This document shows, piece by piece, positions 1 to 15,619 of a stretch of 64,000 bases of DNA (positions are counted from its first letter, which is position 1; each line of letters opens with the position of its first letter). The notes under the pieces are model-generated. The model searched no databases, was not told where the DNA came from, and saw only the letters and a program-made list of their open reading frames with translations. Where the stretch lies: NCBI RefSeq assembly GCF_009914755.1, contig NC_060929.1, one strand, 5' to 3'. A program made the translations under genes and the position numbers. The stretch comes from the human T2T-CHM13v2.0 reference genome, Homo sapiens.

Positions 1-1436
1 GCTGGGCTAAATCTTCTTCTTAAAGCGAACTCTTTGCATTCAGTTCTACCACAGGATCTCAGTAATTCTCCAACTGCCTGTTAAGCAGCTTCACCCTCTT
101 GATATTAATGCTTTTATAAGGGAGATAGTACACGATTGCTATTTGCAGAGGAACCTCCAAAACTATCACCCAGATGAAACTTCTTTATATTTGTCCTAGT
201 GATGTTATTTACCCCCACCACAACTTCAATGTGCTGAAGTACTAGTATTTAACTGTTTTTCTCATACTCTTTACAGCCCATCTTCTTTCCTGCCTTCCTA
301 AGTTTACCATATATTGTCATTTTCCTTAAATATGATTCTGTTTTTACTCTATCATAGCTAGCTACTGCCTCAATGGCTGCACCCAAGCACCCACTCTACC
401 CAGTAATATCTCAAGTTGCTAACGTAACACACAATACTGACTGCTGAATATGCCCACACAAGCAGGCACTTGAGGATGACATTACACTCCTTCCTAGCTG
501 TTGCACTATCTATAGAAGAAATTGTTAACATACAAGCCCAATAGTCTGGATTCGACTACACCACTTACACACACACCAAAAACGCAGGTTTAAGAGGGGG
601 ACCTAGGCCAATGGATGCCTCATGGCAATCATCCACCATGACAAAGTGGATCGGGAAGGCACCAGAGATGGCCGTAAGGCAAACCTCTGCATTAGAAACT
701 CCAAGGGGTTCGGCCCTTTCCTAGGGGCTTTAACACAAGTGCATTGCAATTCTGCCCTGAACTATAATCAGGTACACCAGGAACAGGTGCCATATGACGA
801 CTCTGATCAGCTCACTGTGGACGCCCACAGGCTTTCTCTATTGCGGGGAAACAACAAAGTTAATGCCTGCAAGATTGATGATGATGACTTTATGCCTATA
901 AACAATTCAGCAACGGGGATGGAATATATAGGAATAGGGGTCAAGACTAGACAACTCCTCATCCTCACTAATACATCTACATCTTTTTCTCAATTTTCCC
1001 TTATCCCATTAATATTTAGAAATCTTTATCTGTCAGACCCCACTTCTCCCACCTGTAATAATGCTCATAGGAGTTCATTTGTACCATTCATTGTTAATGC
1101 AATATCTCATTTTGTGTCTTCTAGAATACAACAATTTCAAACCAAAATGTTACTGCAGCAATGGTATCAGCCATTAAGGGTACTCCATTAACTCTCCTTT
1201 AAACACAGCAGGACAAAATTTTAGGCTGCTAAATAAATGCTGTTCCCCCATAGTCCCACAGTCACCCTGCTCAATTCAAGTCCCAACTCCGGGGTTTAGG
1301 CCCATATAACCTCCTAACAGGCCAGTAATCCTAGGTAGGGCCAACTCTATGCCCCTGGTCAGCAGGAAGCAGTTGGAAGATGAGACCTTCACCCACATGA
1401 CAAAGATTTGTCACTATTGCTCTGTCAGCAAGAAAA
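1..1436 (+). mobile_element. ERV1-class internal 3' region with decayed env remnant (probably MER83-int)
   Basis: Peptide FIVNAISHFVSSRIQQFQTKMLLQ (~1085-1160) resembles a retroviral Env TM cytoplasmic tail; CAGCAGGAAGCAGTTGGAAGA motif and purine tract just before a TG-starting LTR. Confidence 0.6.
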
Positions 1437-1876
1437 TGTAGAGTCTTAATTAGGGAAAAGGAGTCAGGCTGGTGGGACTAAGGGAAAGCAAAAAGAGAAG
1501 GCAGATAAGCTGTAAGTTTGCCTTTCTTCATGGTGCAGGACACGTAGCCCTCTTGGGCAAATAACTCACAGTCTTCCTGCACCTATCAACAGACCCTCGG
1601 CTGACAGAAAACTGCAGGTTAGCTCACTGGAACCTTGGTGTTATCAATACTGCACAAAGACCCCTTCAGCACACAGCACAAGCATCATCCTGTAAAATCC
1701 CCAGCAAGCCTTTGTCTCCTTGTAGTTAGCTTCTCTCTTGCAAACTTGCCTGTTGCTTCCTTGCAATGTATCTTCCTACTTTCTCTAATACATCTGCCTT
1801 TCTTTACCTGCAACTGTCTTGGTAAACTCTTTTTACCACACCACCAGCCCCAGATAGTTACTGCTCACCCATGACA
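1437..1876 (+). mobile_element. ERV1 3' LTR (MER83-like)
   Basis: TG...CA termini (TGTAGAGTCTTAATTAGGGAAAAGGAGTCAGG ... CACCCATGACA), TATA-like TGTAAAA and degenerate polyA signal; family name from memory. Confidence 0.7.
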
Positions 1877-2254
1877 GATTAGACAGAGTCCTTCAAAAGC
1901 CTAATGCATAAAGAAAAATCTGATAAATTAAACTGCAGAAACATTTAAAAAATGTTTGCTCTTAAGAAGACATCACTTAGAAAATGAAAAGAAAAATCAG
2001 ACTAGAAAAAATATTTGCAAATCATATACCTGATCAAGGACTTGTATCTAGAATATATAAAGGCCTCTCATAACGCAATGATAAGTACACAATTCAATTA
2101 AAATATGGGTAAAATATTTGAACAAACATTTCACCGAGGAAGATATACAAACTGTTAACAAGCACACGAGTAGATGCTTGACATCATTAGTCATTAGAGA
2201 AATGCAAATTAAAGCCATAATGAGCTACCACTGGAATAGCTATAATTAGGTAAG

Positions 2255-2442
2255 ACGTTGGTAAATTACAGAACCACCTGTTTCTGTATAATAAAGTTTT
2301 ATTGCAATACAGCCCTCCCATTTATTTATAATGTATGGTCTATGCCTGCTTTTACACTATCATGGCAGAATTGAGTAGCTGCTAGAGACCACAGTGGTCT
2401 ACACATTCTAAAATATTTACTATCTGACCTTTCACAGAAAAA
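2255..2442. mobile_element. MER58-like hAT DNA transposon fragment
   Basis: AATAAAGTTTTATTGCAATACAGCC ... AAAATATTTACTATCTGACCTTTCACAGAAAAAG. Confidence 0.6.
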
Positions 2443-2498
2443 GTGACAAGTATTGGTGAGGTTGTGGTAGGTAAATCATACCTCAACACTGCTCATGG

Positions 2499-4163
2499 TG
2501 TGTCCAGAATTGGTGCGTTCTTGGTCTCACTGACTTCAAGAATGAAGCCGCGGACCCTCGCGGTGAGTGGTACAGCTCTTAAGGTGGCGCGTCTGGAGTT
2601 TGTTCCTTTTGATATTTGGATGTGTTCGGAGTTTCTTCCTTCTGGTGGGTTCGGGGTCTCGCTGGCTCAGGAGTGAAGCTGCAGACCATTGCGGTGAGTG
2701 TTACAGCTCTTAAGGCAGCGCACCTGGAGTTGTTCGTCCTCCTGGTGGGCTCCTGGTCTCGCTGGCTTCAAGAGTGAAGCTGCAGACTTTTGCGGTGAGT
2801 GTTACAGCTCATAAAAGCAGTGTGGACCCAAAGAGTGAGCAGCAGCAAGATTTAAAGCAAAGAGTGAAAGAACAAAGCTTCCACAATGTGTAAGGGCACC
2901 CGAGCGGGTTGCCACTGCTGGCTGGGGCAGCCTGCTTTTATTCTCTTATCTGGCCCCACCCACGTCCTGCTGATTGGTAGAGCCCAGTGGTCTGTTTTGA
3001 CAGGGCGCTGATTGGTGCATTTACAATCCCCGAGCTAGACACAAAGGTTCTCCACGTCTCCATCAGATTAGTTAGATACAAAGTATCCACAAAAAGGTTC
3101 TCCAAGGCCCCACCAGAGCAGCTAGATACAGAGTGTGGATTGGTGCACTCACAAACCCTGAGCTAAACACAGGGTGCTGATTGGTGTGTTTACAAACCTT
3201 GAGCTAGATACAGAGTGCCAACTGGTGTATTTACAATCCCTGAGCTAGACATAAATGTTCTCCAAGACCCCACCAGAGCAGCTAGATACAGAGTGTCGAT
3301 TGGTGCACTCATAAACCCTGAGCTAGACACAGGGTGCTGATTGGTGTGTTTACAAACCTTGAGCTAGATACACAGTGCCGATTGGTGTATTTACAATCCC
3401 TGAGCTAGACACAGGGTGCTCCAAGGCCCCACCACAGTAGCTAGATACAGAGTGCCCACTGGTGTATTTACAATCCCTGAGCTAGACATAAAGGTTCTCC
3501 ATGTCCCCACCAGACTCAAGAGCCCAGCTGGCTTCACCCAGTGGATCCCGCACCGGGGCTGCAGGTGGAGCTGCCTGCCAGTCCCGCGCCATGTGCTCGC
3601 ACTCCTCAGCCCTTGGGTGATCGATGGGACTGGGCGCTGTGGAGCAGGGGGCGGTGCTCGTCGGGGAGGCTTGGGCTGCACAGGAGCCCACGGAGGCGGG
3701 GGAAGGCTCAGGCATGGCGGGCTGCAGTCCCGAGGCCTGCCCCGCGGGAAGGCAGCTAAGGCCCGGCGAAAAATCGAGCGCAGCGCCGGTGGGCTGGCAC
3801 TGCTGGGGGACCCAGTACACCCTCCGCAGCCGCTGGCGCGGGTGCTAAGTCCCTCATTGCCCGGGGCCGGCAGGGCCGGCTGGCTGCTCGGAGTGCGGGG
3901 CCCGCCAAGCCCACGCCTACCCGGAACTCCAGCTGGCCCGCAAGCGCCGCACGCAGCCCCGGTTCCTGCTCGCGCCTCTCCCTCCACACCTCCCTGCAAG
4001 CTGAGGGAGTGGGCTCCGGCCTTGGCCAGCCTAGAAAGGGGCTCCCACAGTGCAGCGGTGGGCTGAAGGGCTCCTCAAGTGCCGCCAAAGTGGGAGCCCA
4101 GGCAGAGGAGGCGCCGAGAGCGAGCGAGGGCTGTGAGGACTGCCAGCACGCTGTCACCTCTCA
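2499..4163 (-). mobile_element. Solo LTR12C (ERV9 LTR)
   Basis: Minus strand starts TGAGAGGTGACAGCGTGCTGGCAG and ends CCAATTCTGGACACA; 4-bp TSD ATGG at 2495-2498 and 4164-4167; CpG-rich U3 and tandem enhancer repeats. Confidence 0.95.
2965..3515 (-). repeat. LTR12 tandem enhancer array (~40-bp units with CCAAT and GATA motifs)
   Basis: Repeated GATTGGTG...TTTACAATCCCTGAGCTAGACA / GCTAGATACAGAGTG units. Confidence 0.85.
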
Positions 4164-4415
4164 ATGGGAATGTGAAATAACAGTCTGGTGGCGTTTTAAA
4201 AGGTTAATCACAAATTTACCATATTACCCAGCCATTCCATTCCTAGGTAATAAAGAGAAATGAAATTATATGTCCACATGGACTTGCACAGGGATGTTCA
4301 CAGCAGCATTATTCATACAGCCAAAAAGTGGAAAGAACCAAATGTTAATCTACTGGTAAACAGACAAGTGAAATGCAGTCTATCTATACAATAGAATACT
4401 ATTAAGAAATAAAAG

Positions 4416-4715
<300 letters not shown>

Positions 4716-5859
4716 AATGATATATTGATACATGCCACAACATGGATGACCTCAAAACCAGTACATTGAATGAAAGAAGCCCGATGCAAAAGATCAGATA
4801 TTATATGATTTCATGTATATGAAATGTCCAGACGAAGCATTAAACCTAGAGACAGAAAGCAGATTAGCAGTTGCCTGAACCTATGGGTAGGAATAGGGAT
4901 GGTTACAAATAAACAAAAGCAGGGGATTTTTGGGGGGTGATCAAAATGTTCTAAAACTTGATTGTGATGGTGGTTACACAACCCTATAAATATACTAAAA
5001 ATCATTAAATTATAACACGTAACATGTGTAAATATTGTGGTATGTAAACTGTGCCTCAACAAAGCTGTTTTAAGAAAGGCTATAAAAATTACATAACTTT
5101 CTAACTGTAAATTACAAAGAGAGAATCTGGTTCTTAAAGGAAAAATATCAAAGCAATGACATAGACAAGCTCACACTAAGCCTAAAGTGGGTTGGGGTAT
5201 AAATATACCATATAAAAAACAAGAAGAGATTAAACCACAAATGTGATTTCCCCCATTATAATAAGATAGTTTGTACAATTCTTTCCTGATGAATGTGTAA
5301 GTCTTGAATCAGACATGTTTTGAGAAAATATGAATTACCAAAATTGGTTCAAGAAGAACCATAAAATCAGAAGTTAAAAAAAAAAAACTTTGAAAAACAA
5401 GTACTGAAAGAAACATTCCATAAAAAGGCACCAGACCAAAGATTTTTATGTGCAAGTCCTTTCGAATTTTCAAGGAACAGTCAGTCCCAAATATTCATCA
5501 AATGTCTACGAGGTTATTGGACCCTGTGCCGGGCACTGAGCTGCAACAGTGTTCACAGTTGGGCATTCTCCACGCTCTCGCGGCACTCACAGTTGAAGAG
5601 GGAGGGGCAAATGTTAATCAAAGGTACCACCTCTAGGCCCAATTATTAACTTAGGCTATGACCTAGAGAAAAGGGCCCCAATTCTCCAGAAAGTTGTAAG
5701 ATATGTTCTTGACATAGATTGGAGGTTTGGAGAGTTTTCCATGACCTAGGGATGCTGTGCTGAGATCTGCCAGGGACTAAGCATTTCATAGAGGCTCCCA
5801 TAAAGGCCCTGCCTGGGTCAAGGGGGAACATACCATGTTAGAAGGGTCACTATGGCTGA

Positions 5860-6720
5860 ATTTCAGGGAGCAAGTGGGGAGTGTGGCACAATGAGACTAG
5901 AGATGTAGGCTGTGATAAGAAGACAGAGACTGGCAGGTCATCTTAAGGATTTGGGGGTTTTAGTCAAAGACTGATAGGAGATGATTAAAGCCTTTAAATG
6001 CATTAAAGCAGAACAAAAAGACATTTAAAAAAGAAAAGAAACATGATCAGATTTGTGTTTTGAAAATATCCCTCAAGCAATAGTATGGACAATGGACAGG
6101 AGATGGGCCGAGGGTAGATGTAAGGGAATAGGTTTGAAGGCTACAATAAGAGTCCTGGTGACAAAGAATCATGGCTTGGATAGCAGAGGAGATTTAAGAG
6201 ATGATGCAGGAGTTAAGCAGGCTTGGAAATGGATTAGATACGTGGTTAAGGAGAGAGAGGTGCATGGCGGGCTATAAGCAACTGGATAGATGGTGGTAGT
6301 GTTATTCACTGAAATAGAAAACACAGAAAGAGAACCAAGTTTTGAGGGAAAGATGATTTGTTTTCTGAGTAGAGACTGAGGTGCTTTGGGGGTGATGAAG
6401 GATAATGCTGAGCGAACAGTTTCAAATGTAGGTGAATTGTTCTGGGAAGACGTCTGGGTTGGATGAAGAAACTGTCAACTGCAAATTTACTGAGAGGCTG
6501 AGTGAGAACTCTGAGAAAGATTAGATTGAAAAGAGAAGAAGACTTTAAAGAGCTCATCACTGAAATGACTGTAGAGGAGAAAGAACAGGCAAAGGAATGA
6601 GAAGGAAGGATTGGGGAGGTAGAAGAATGTAGTGTGGTGGAATTAAAAGGAAGAGTGTTTCAGAGAGGGAGAGGTCAACAGTGTCAAATGCTGCCCAGAA
6701 GTCACGGCATCCTTTAGATA
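5860..6720 (-). mobile_element. L2 fragments
   Basis: Degenerate L2-type purine-rich sequence (CATGATCAGATTTGTGTTTTG, GTCAACAGTGTCAAATGCTG). Confidence 0.55.
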
Positions 6721-6727
6721 TAACAAT

Positions 6728-7535
6728 GTGTAGGTTGTATTCCTTATCTATTGCTGTGTAACAAATTACCCTAAACTTCAGCACCTTACAACAACAAATA
6801 TATATTAACTGATTGCTGTGGTTTGAATGCGTCCCCTCCAAAATTCAGGTGTTGCCAATGTGACAGTATGAAGGGGTGGGGTGTTTATGAGATGATTAGG
6901 CCATGAAGTTTCCTCTCTCATTAATGGGATTGAGGCCCTTATAAAGGAGGCTTCTTGCAGCATTTGCTTAGCTCTCTCTTCTCCTCTTCAACCATGTGAG
7001 GACACAGTATTCCTCTCTCCCAGAGGATGCAGCAAGAAGGCCCTCACCACGTACCCGTGCTGGCACCTTGATCTTGGATTTCCCAGCCTCCAGAAACAGT
7101 GAGGAAATGAATTTCTGTTCTTTATAAATGACCCAGTCTTAGGTATTCTGTCACAGAAGCATGAACAGATTAAGATACTCATGCAGTTTCTGAAACTGAA
7201 GGATCCAGGAGCTGCTCAGCTGAGTGATTTGGGCCCAGTGTCTCATGAGGCTGCAGCCATCTAAAAGGCCAGTAGGCCTGGAGGATCCTCATCCACCAAG
7301 GCCCACTCACACCTGGCTCTCCCAGAGTAGGCAATCTATGCAGGAGAGAAACGTTGAAGTCACATTGCCTTTTTCAACCCAGACTTGGAAATCACCCACC
7401 ATCACTTCTGACACATTCTATTTATCATACGCAAGTCAACCAAGTACAACCCACAATTAAAGGGAGGGAAATTAGACCTGCCTTTTGAAGGAGGGACTTC
7501 TAAGGAATTTGTGGACACGTTTTAAAACCACCACA
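6728..7535. mobile_element. Nested MaLR LTRs (MLT1-like host with MSTD/MLT1A-like insert ~6814-7177)
   Basis: TTGCTGTGTAACAAATTACC start; internal TGTGGTTTGAATGCGTCCC ... GAACAGATTAAGATA unit. Confidence 0.6.
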
Positions 7536-9259
7536 GAGGTCAGGGGACCTGAGTGAGCACTATCTCTGCTGACTAATGAGGAGTGGGAGCTAGATTGGGG
7601 TGGGTTGAGAAGCGAATATGAGGCTAGAAAATGGAGCCTGCTAATGTAGATGACTCTCTCAGGAAGTGTGTGAAGGAGAGAAAATTGATTAGAATAGTGT
7701 TGAGGCCTGATATGTTGGTAATCATTAGTCTGCAGGAATTAGAAGGAAATCCCAGAAAAATGGAGAGCAAATGGTGTCAGATTGAAGGAGAAAATCATAA
7801 CCTAAAACATCCAGAGGAGAAAACCGCAACAAAAGGTAAGATCAACTTGATGGATCTCCAACCTCAGGAGCAGCAGATATGAGGAAACAGGATTGAGCCC
7901 TGGGCACCTAAGAGTAACCTTCTCCAGCGTTTGCAAAGCAACTGGCAGCAGAAGCTTAAGAGCAGTAAGTGCGAGTGTGAGCATCTGAGCCAGAGAGGCA
8001 GGGCGTTGCAGTGCCCATGGTAACTATGTGGTTTCCCCCAACACACACACATGCCTGTCCCAGAAGACTGGATGCTAACAAACCCTATCCCATTCCAAGT
8101 CCAAATTCTTTCCTGAAATTACTGGCAACAAGGTGCTATGAAAAAATCCAGCACTCACATGTGAGCTAACAGGGAACTTCAAAAATTAAGACAAACACCC
8201 AACCAAGAATGACAAAATATTTGAGGAAAACTCTAACACTAAAAATGAGAAACACCACCCCGCACGAAGGAGAGAAGTCACATCTAAGGAAATAGAACTA
8301 ATAGAGCAAGCAACATGACTCACTCTGAGGGGGAAGAAACTGGCTCCGAATATCTTATACCTGAGCCCCAGCTTTGACATTCACAAGCCAAGAATGTGTC
8401 TTTTTGTATTCTGGTTCCACTGTGACAATCTTCTTTAAGGCAAAGGATGACTCCGTCTAGTTATCTGAATGGTGAAAGAGTTACATACTGGATAAAAACA
8501 GGTGGGCTTAAATATCAATATTTTCCCAGCACATCAAAGAATTGTTATGTATGTTATAATATTATGTAACCGACTCAAGATGAAAGGCACTAAAAGGGAC
8601 AAATGGTGATATTTCATACCAGTAAAATAACAATTAACTTGAATTTTTATATATCTCACATAAGCGCTTGTAAATATATAAATCAAAATAAAATAGAAAT
8701 ATCAGACTTCTGATAAGATGATGAAATGAAATTGTATTAGCAATTTTCTCCCTCAATACCTTACAAAATGAGCAATAAGTGGTAGATGCACTCACACACA
8801 CACGCGTGTGAGCGCACACACACACACGTTGAACACGCACATTATCAGCATCGCCAAACTAGATCGGTAGTTAAGAAGAGAGTCTAGAGCAAAAGGAGGT
8901 CCAACTTAGCAACACTGCAGCCTCAACCCCCAGTAGCCTTACTGGAGAACTCACAAAACCCTGAAAATACTTGCTAACGTCATCAAACCTGGAGTGATCT
9001 AACCTGAATGGGAATCCTTATCTTTTACTTCTTCTAGGTAGTACACATGGATCCTAGAAAAGAACAGGGGTTGGGAGGAAGTGGGGATGATTAACAGGTA
9101 CAAAAAGAGTAGTTAGAATGAATAAGACCTAGTATTTGCTAGCATAACGGGGGGACTATAGCCAAAAATCATTTAATTGTACATTTTTACATAAGAGTAT
9201 AATTGGAGAGTTTGTAACACAAAGGATAAATGCTTGAGGTTTACCCCCATTTACCCTGA

Positions 9260-9658
<399 letters not shown>

Positions 9659-10714
9659 TAGGGTAGGTAAAAATGAAACTGACTCTCAGACAAAAGGAAA
9701 AATTTCAAAACTACCCACTGAATTGGGAAAATGTTCCAAAGAAGAAGAAATCCAAATTGACAAACTTTAAAAAGATTGTTTTAAAGCCCACTGACTGAAG
9801 GCCATCAGGAACATTTCTATAGTAGAAAATAGTTTGGTTTATTTACCTTGCTGCAGGAGCGGGGAAAGCACTCCAAAGGAACTGTAGAGGTCTCAACAAG
9901 GAATTGAAAGGGGCTTCTCATAGGATTTGGGCTTGTACTAGATTATTTCAAGAAAAGCTGGAGAAGTGAGGATTAGCTGTGAGTTGAGGGTTGTTAATAA
10001 GTTAGGGCAATGCAGTGGCTGGGATATCTTAATTCTTATCTAGGAAGTAGGACTAAGGTAAGACTACAGTCGTCATTGGTAAATGAGCAGCAGTCACTCC
10101 AGTCAGAAATGGAGAATGTTTTATTGTTTCCATGGTTGCAAAATGGCTTTTCTCTATTTTGTTCCAGACATGGTCATGCAGTAGCCTTGTCTATATCCCA
10201 TTTATATTCTAGAAAGTATTCTTTATGTTTGTTTGGGAACACCATAACCTGACTGCTAGCTGCCAAAAAGGAAGTGTTACACTTTCTCAAGATAATCAAT
10301 CTCACTAGCAGTAAGGTAAATACAAATTATAGCAGCAAATACCTCTTTGCACACATCAGATTGACAAAAATAAAAGTAGTAACACCCATTACCAAGGGAA
10401 ATGTAAGGTAATCATTTTTCTCATACATTGATAATATAGGGTGAATTATTACAGCTTTATAAAATTATTATTGTGGAGAATATCTAAAAGGAAGACAGTG
10501 GTATAATGGACTCTCATTATACCAGCTCCAACAATTGTCAATTCAAGGCCATTCATTTTATCCCTGTTTCCATCCACTTGTCTCTCCCCGATACCTTTCT
10601 GAAGCAAATTATTTTATCCATAAATATTTCAGAATGTCTCTTGACCATTATTACATCTAAAAATAGAAAACCAAAAAGTCCTTAATTTAGTGAAACATCT
10701 ACGCAGTGTTCAAA

Positions 10715-10870
10715 TTTTTTTTTAAGAGACGGGGTCTTGCTCCCTGCCCAGGCTGGAGCGCAGTAGCACAATCATAGCTCACTGCAGCCTCGATCTCCTG
10801 GGCTCAAGTGATCTTCCTACCTCAGCCTCCCCAGGACCTGGGATTACAGGCATGAGCCACCACACCTGAC
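10715..10870 (-). mobile_element. Alu monomer (FRAM/FLAM-like)
   Basis: Single arm; GTGTTCAAATTT repeated on both flanks (TSD). Confidence 0.75.
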
Positions 10871-12289
10871 GCTGTGTTCAAATTTCCAACTGTCTTGTAA
10901 ATGTCATACTTTTTCTATTTTGTTTGAACTGAGATCCAAATAAGGTCCACACACTGATACTGGGTGATATGACCTACAACCTTTTAAAGTAAGTAACATG
11001 GCCTTATACACTAAAACCAAAAATATACATACCCTTTGATCTAGTGATCCTAGTCCTAACAATGTAAGGTCGAATCTGAGACTTACTGTGACACTGTAAT
11101 GACAAAAAACATGAAAACAGCTTGAATGACCATCAATGGGGAAAAAGTAAATAAACATGTACCTCTACAGTAGGAATAACTATGTCACTATTTAAAACAA
11201 GTAGGATCTGTAGTGTATTGATCTGGTGGCTGTCCGGATGAATTAAGCAAAAAAAAAGTGGTTAAGAAATATAGTTTATGATCTCACTTTAGTAAAAGCA
11301 AATGACAAATTCACAATCTCTAACATATATTTTATATATTTCTATGTGGTGTACATGTGTCTGTATATCTTTGGAGAGGCTTACATGATTATGGAGAAAT
11401 ATGTACAGGCTTACATACCTGGGCAAAACATTTGCCTGGTGATGGTGGTCACGATGGTGGTCAACAAAGAATGTATAAGAAGAGCATAAAGGGAGATAAC
11501 AAACAGATTTGCAAAATTGGAAAATATTCACAGTATGCTAAGTGAAATGTATAAATCCAAAGTCTAACCACAATATTGTTAAAATATGTAAAACTGAATA
11601 TGTAATGGTAACTAGGACAAAGGACAACTTAATGTGAGTAGTAGATTTTTGTCTTGGATGTCTTTTTTCACAAGAAAGTAACATTGGAACAAAGAAAAAA
11701 TAGCATTTTATATATCGTTATTAATTAAATGCATATTAGAACAAAACAAGAGAGCCCACCAACTTTTGTCTATTTGATTTTGTCAATAACATGAATGCAG
11801 AAAATGTTCAGATAATTATTCTGTACAAAATGGTGTTAATAACTTCAGTTCTTTGTTACCTCAAGGTAGACCTCATACTTGGTCAAAACCACCTCCAAAC
11901 AATCCTGGAATGCCTGGTTTTATGCAGTTACCCAGTAACTCCTGTAAAACTAAGGTGGACATTGTGGTCATTAATGCAATTTGGCTTGAATTGGTGTCCT
12001 AATCCAATTATTACTCAAATCAGAAATGTGAAACAATGTCATTGTTTCCTACTACACTTGCTGCTAATGAACAAGTTGTACAAAGACAGGATTTGTTCAA
12101 CTCATCCTCCCTCAAATCATTCCCTACATTCTTCTAATTTAAAGGATTGCTTTTGCCCAGGTTCTTTTGAGCTCTGCTTGCCCTGGAGTCCACCTGCCCC
12201 ATGAGTAAACTGGCTCAATTCTCCCACTACGTCCCTCCACTTAGTTAAAATTCATGAACTACCATAGTGCCTTAAAACATTATGCACCT

Positions 12290-12713
<424 letters not shown>

Positions 12714-13532
12714 TTACTTTTTCTTTTTTTTTTTTTTTAACCCTAGAATTTGCAGACTCCCAGGAGGTCTGGGCACTCAAATAGAGAAAGAGAGTTAGGA
12801 TTTTACAAAGCTTATTGATGAAAGCAGGTAGGATGATATCATCAATTAGCCTGCTAACTAAACTCTAATTTAGAGCTGACTGGCCTTGCAATTGGGAGTA
12901 ACTGTTTAGTTCCTTTCTTTCCTACTTCCTCACTTGGACCATTCCCCTATCACACAATGCTATTTGGAACATTTGGACAAATAATTCAACTTTAAATCAG
13001 CAATTCCACTTCTAGAAATTTAACTTAAACAGATAGATATCTGGTCCAAAGTACAAAGATGTATGTGCAAGAATGTTTAAAGCAGCAAGATAATACTGTA
13101 AACATCCTAAATGTTCATTATTTGGTGTCTTGTTGAATATGCAAGCAATGTAATACTTTGTAAATGTTAGCTATTCATATAGATTTCACTGTTACTGAAA
13201 AAGATGAACAGCATAGGAGAAAAAAGTCAACGTATATGAACACAGTTTAAAGAAAAAGCTACAAATAGCCAATGAGCACTTTAAAAGTGTCATAACTTCA
13301 CTCATAATGAAGTAAAGGCAATCAGGACAAGATACCAACCTTAAATTATTGGATTGGCAACAACTAAAAAGTCTGATAACCAGTGCTTGAAGAATTTGGG
13401 GAAATAAGCACTCCCAAGTGCTTTTGTTGATACGTTATTTGGTGCAACCTTTCTGGATGACAATTTGGGAATTTCTATCAATATGTAAAACACACATCTT
13501 CTAACCCAGTCCCCCATGCTTAAGAATTTCCC

Positions 13533-13873
<341 letters not shown>

Positions 13874-15085
13874 TCAAAGATGTTGTTGTAACATGATTGG
13901 TAATAGTAATAACAAAAATACACAAAAACCCTAGAAACAACCAAAATATCCATGATAGAAAACCAATTAAATAAATTATGGCACAGCCTAACAAATGACT
14001 TTTTAATGTAAGCTGTTAAAAAGTGACAGATATGTTTACCCTGCAGTTAGGAAATAATGCCCATGATAAATTACAAAAAGCAAAGTAAATAACTGTACAG
14101 TGTGATTTTTAGGGTGTGTCAGAACAGATAAGTATGTGTAGTAAGTAAGTATGTTTTGAAGGATTTACAAGAAACTAATAAAGGTATTTAGTGTTAGGAA
14201 GAAGAACTAGGAAAGAGAGGGTGGCTTTCAACTTTCACTTTTCATTTTGTAAGTTTTGGTAGCAAGAATTTACTGAACTCACAAGATGTTTCTTTTAGTT
14301 TTACAAACTGTTCAATGAGGGATACCAAGAATGGGAGAACGTGGTATATTTTTTTTGCTTGCTTCTTTGTGGTTTTCTATATAAAAGCAAATACGCTATT
14401 TTAAAATATGAGCCAATAGACAATATGGATACTATAGATCCATGTTCACTGACACAGAAAACCATAAGGACATATTAATTTAAGAAAACCAACTGTGATG
14501 CAATATGCATAGTCTGATCCCATTTATGTAAAAATTTTGCACATGTGAGTATCGGCCATTTAGAGATATCTAGAAAGATGTTATCAAAATATGATGGAGT
14601 TACACATTCTGCTTCGTAACCATTCTCAATTGCTTTAACTTTCTCAAATAAGGATTCTTCAAACATAGGGAATGAAACAAAATTTTTACAAAGGCCTTGA
14701 TATCACAGCAAATTTGAAGATGCGAAGGAAGCAGGGAGAAAGTATAAGAAAATGATTTAAATAAAGTTATGTAAACTGAGAGGCCGCCTGCTGAAGCAAT
14801 CCAGTGGAAAAGCTAAGAGTGCCCTGAAACTGGAAGATTAGACCTGGAATCCCACAGAAGGGACAGAATGTTCCCTAGAGCAGGGAGAAACTTGAGCTAG
14901 CTGGCTTTAGCATAAACAAAAGCGGGTCTGCAGGCACTGACCCTGCCATGTAATGAAAAATAGAAAAAAGAAAAACTATTTTAAAGATGAATAACCACCA
15001 AAAAAAAAAATCCCCATTAATAAGGCAGGAAGCTTTGTATTTAGAATGTTTTTACCACAAATGATGGTTTCAAATCTCAATAGCA

Positions 15086-15413
<328 letters not shown>

Positions 15414-15619
15414 TTATTCGATAAAGCTAAAAATGTATTTAATTTTAGTAAGTACACATGAATTCAGGTAAATACACAGAAGCAGCTCTAGAGGAATAAA
15501 CATAACAGCACTGAAAAGGGGGAATTGCGAATCTGGATGGGGGAGGTGGCAAAAGGGGCCTTTAGCCTTGTCTGTAATGCTTTTAAATTTTATAAAAGAA
15601 AACCATGCACATAGTGTGT

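Noticed and set aside
622-1191. 189-aa ORF as a co-opted env gene
   Set aside because: Only the C-terminal ~35 aa resemble Env TM; no signal peptide, furin site or immunosuppressive domain; decayed ERV remnant
2965-3515. Regular repeat array resembling a CRISPR array
   Set aside because: Units are degenerate tandem LTR12 enhancer repeats without unique spacers, in primate DNA with no cas genes
3391-4263. Overlapping 100-216 aa ORFs
   Set aside because: GC-rich LTR12C U3 sequence lacking stops by composition; no protein family similarity
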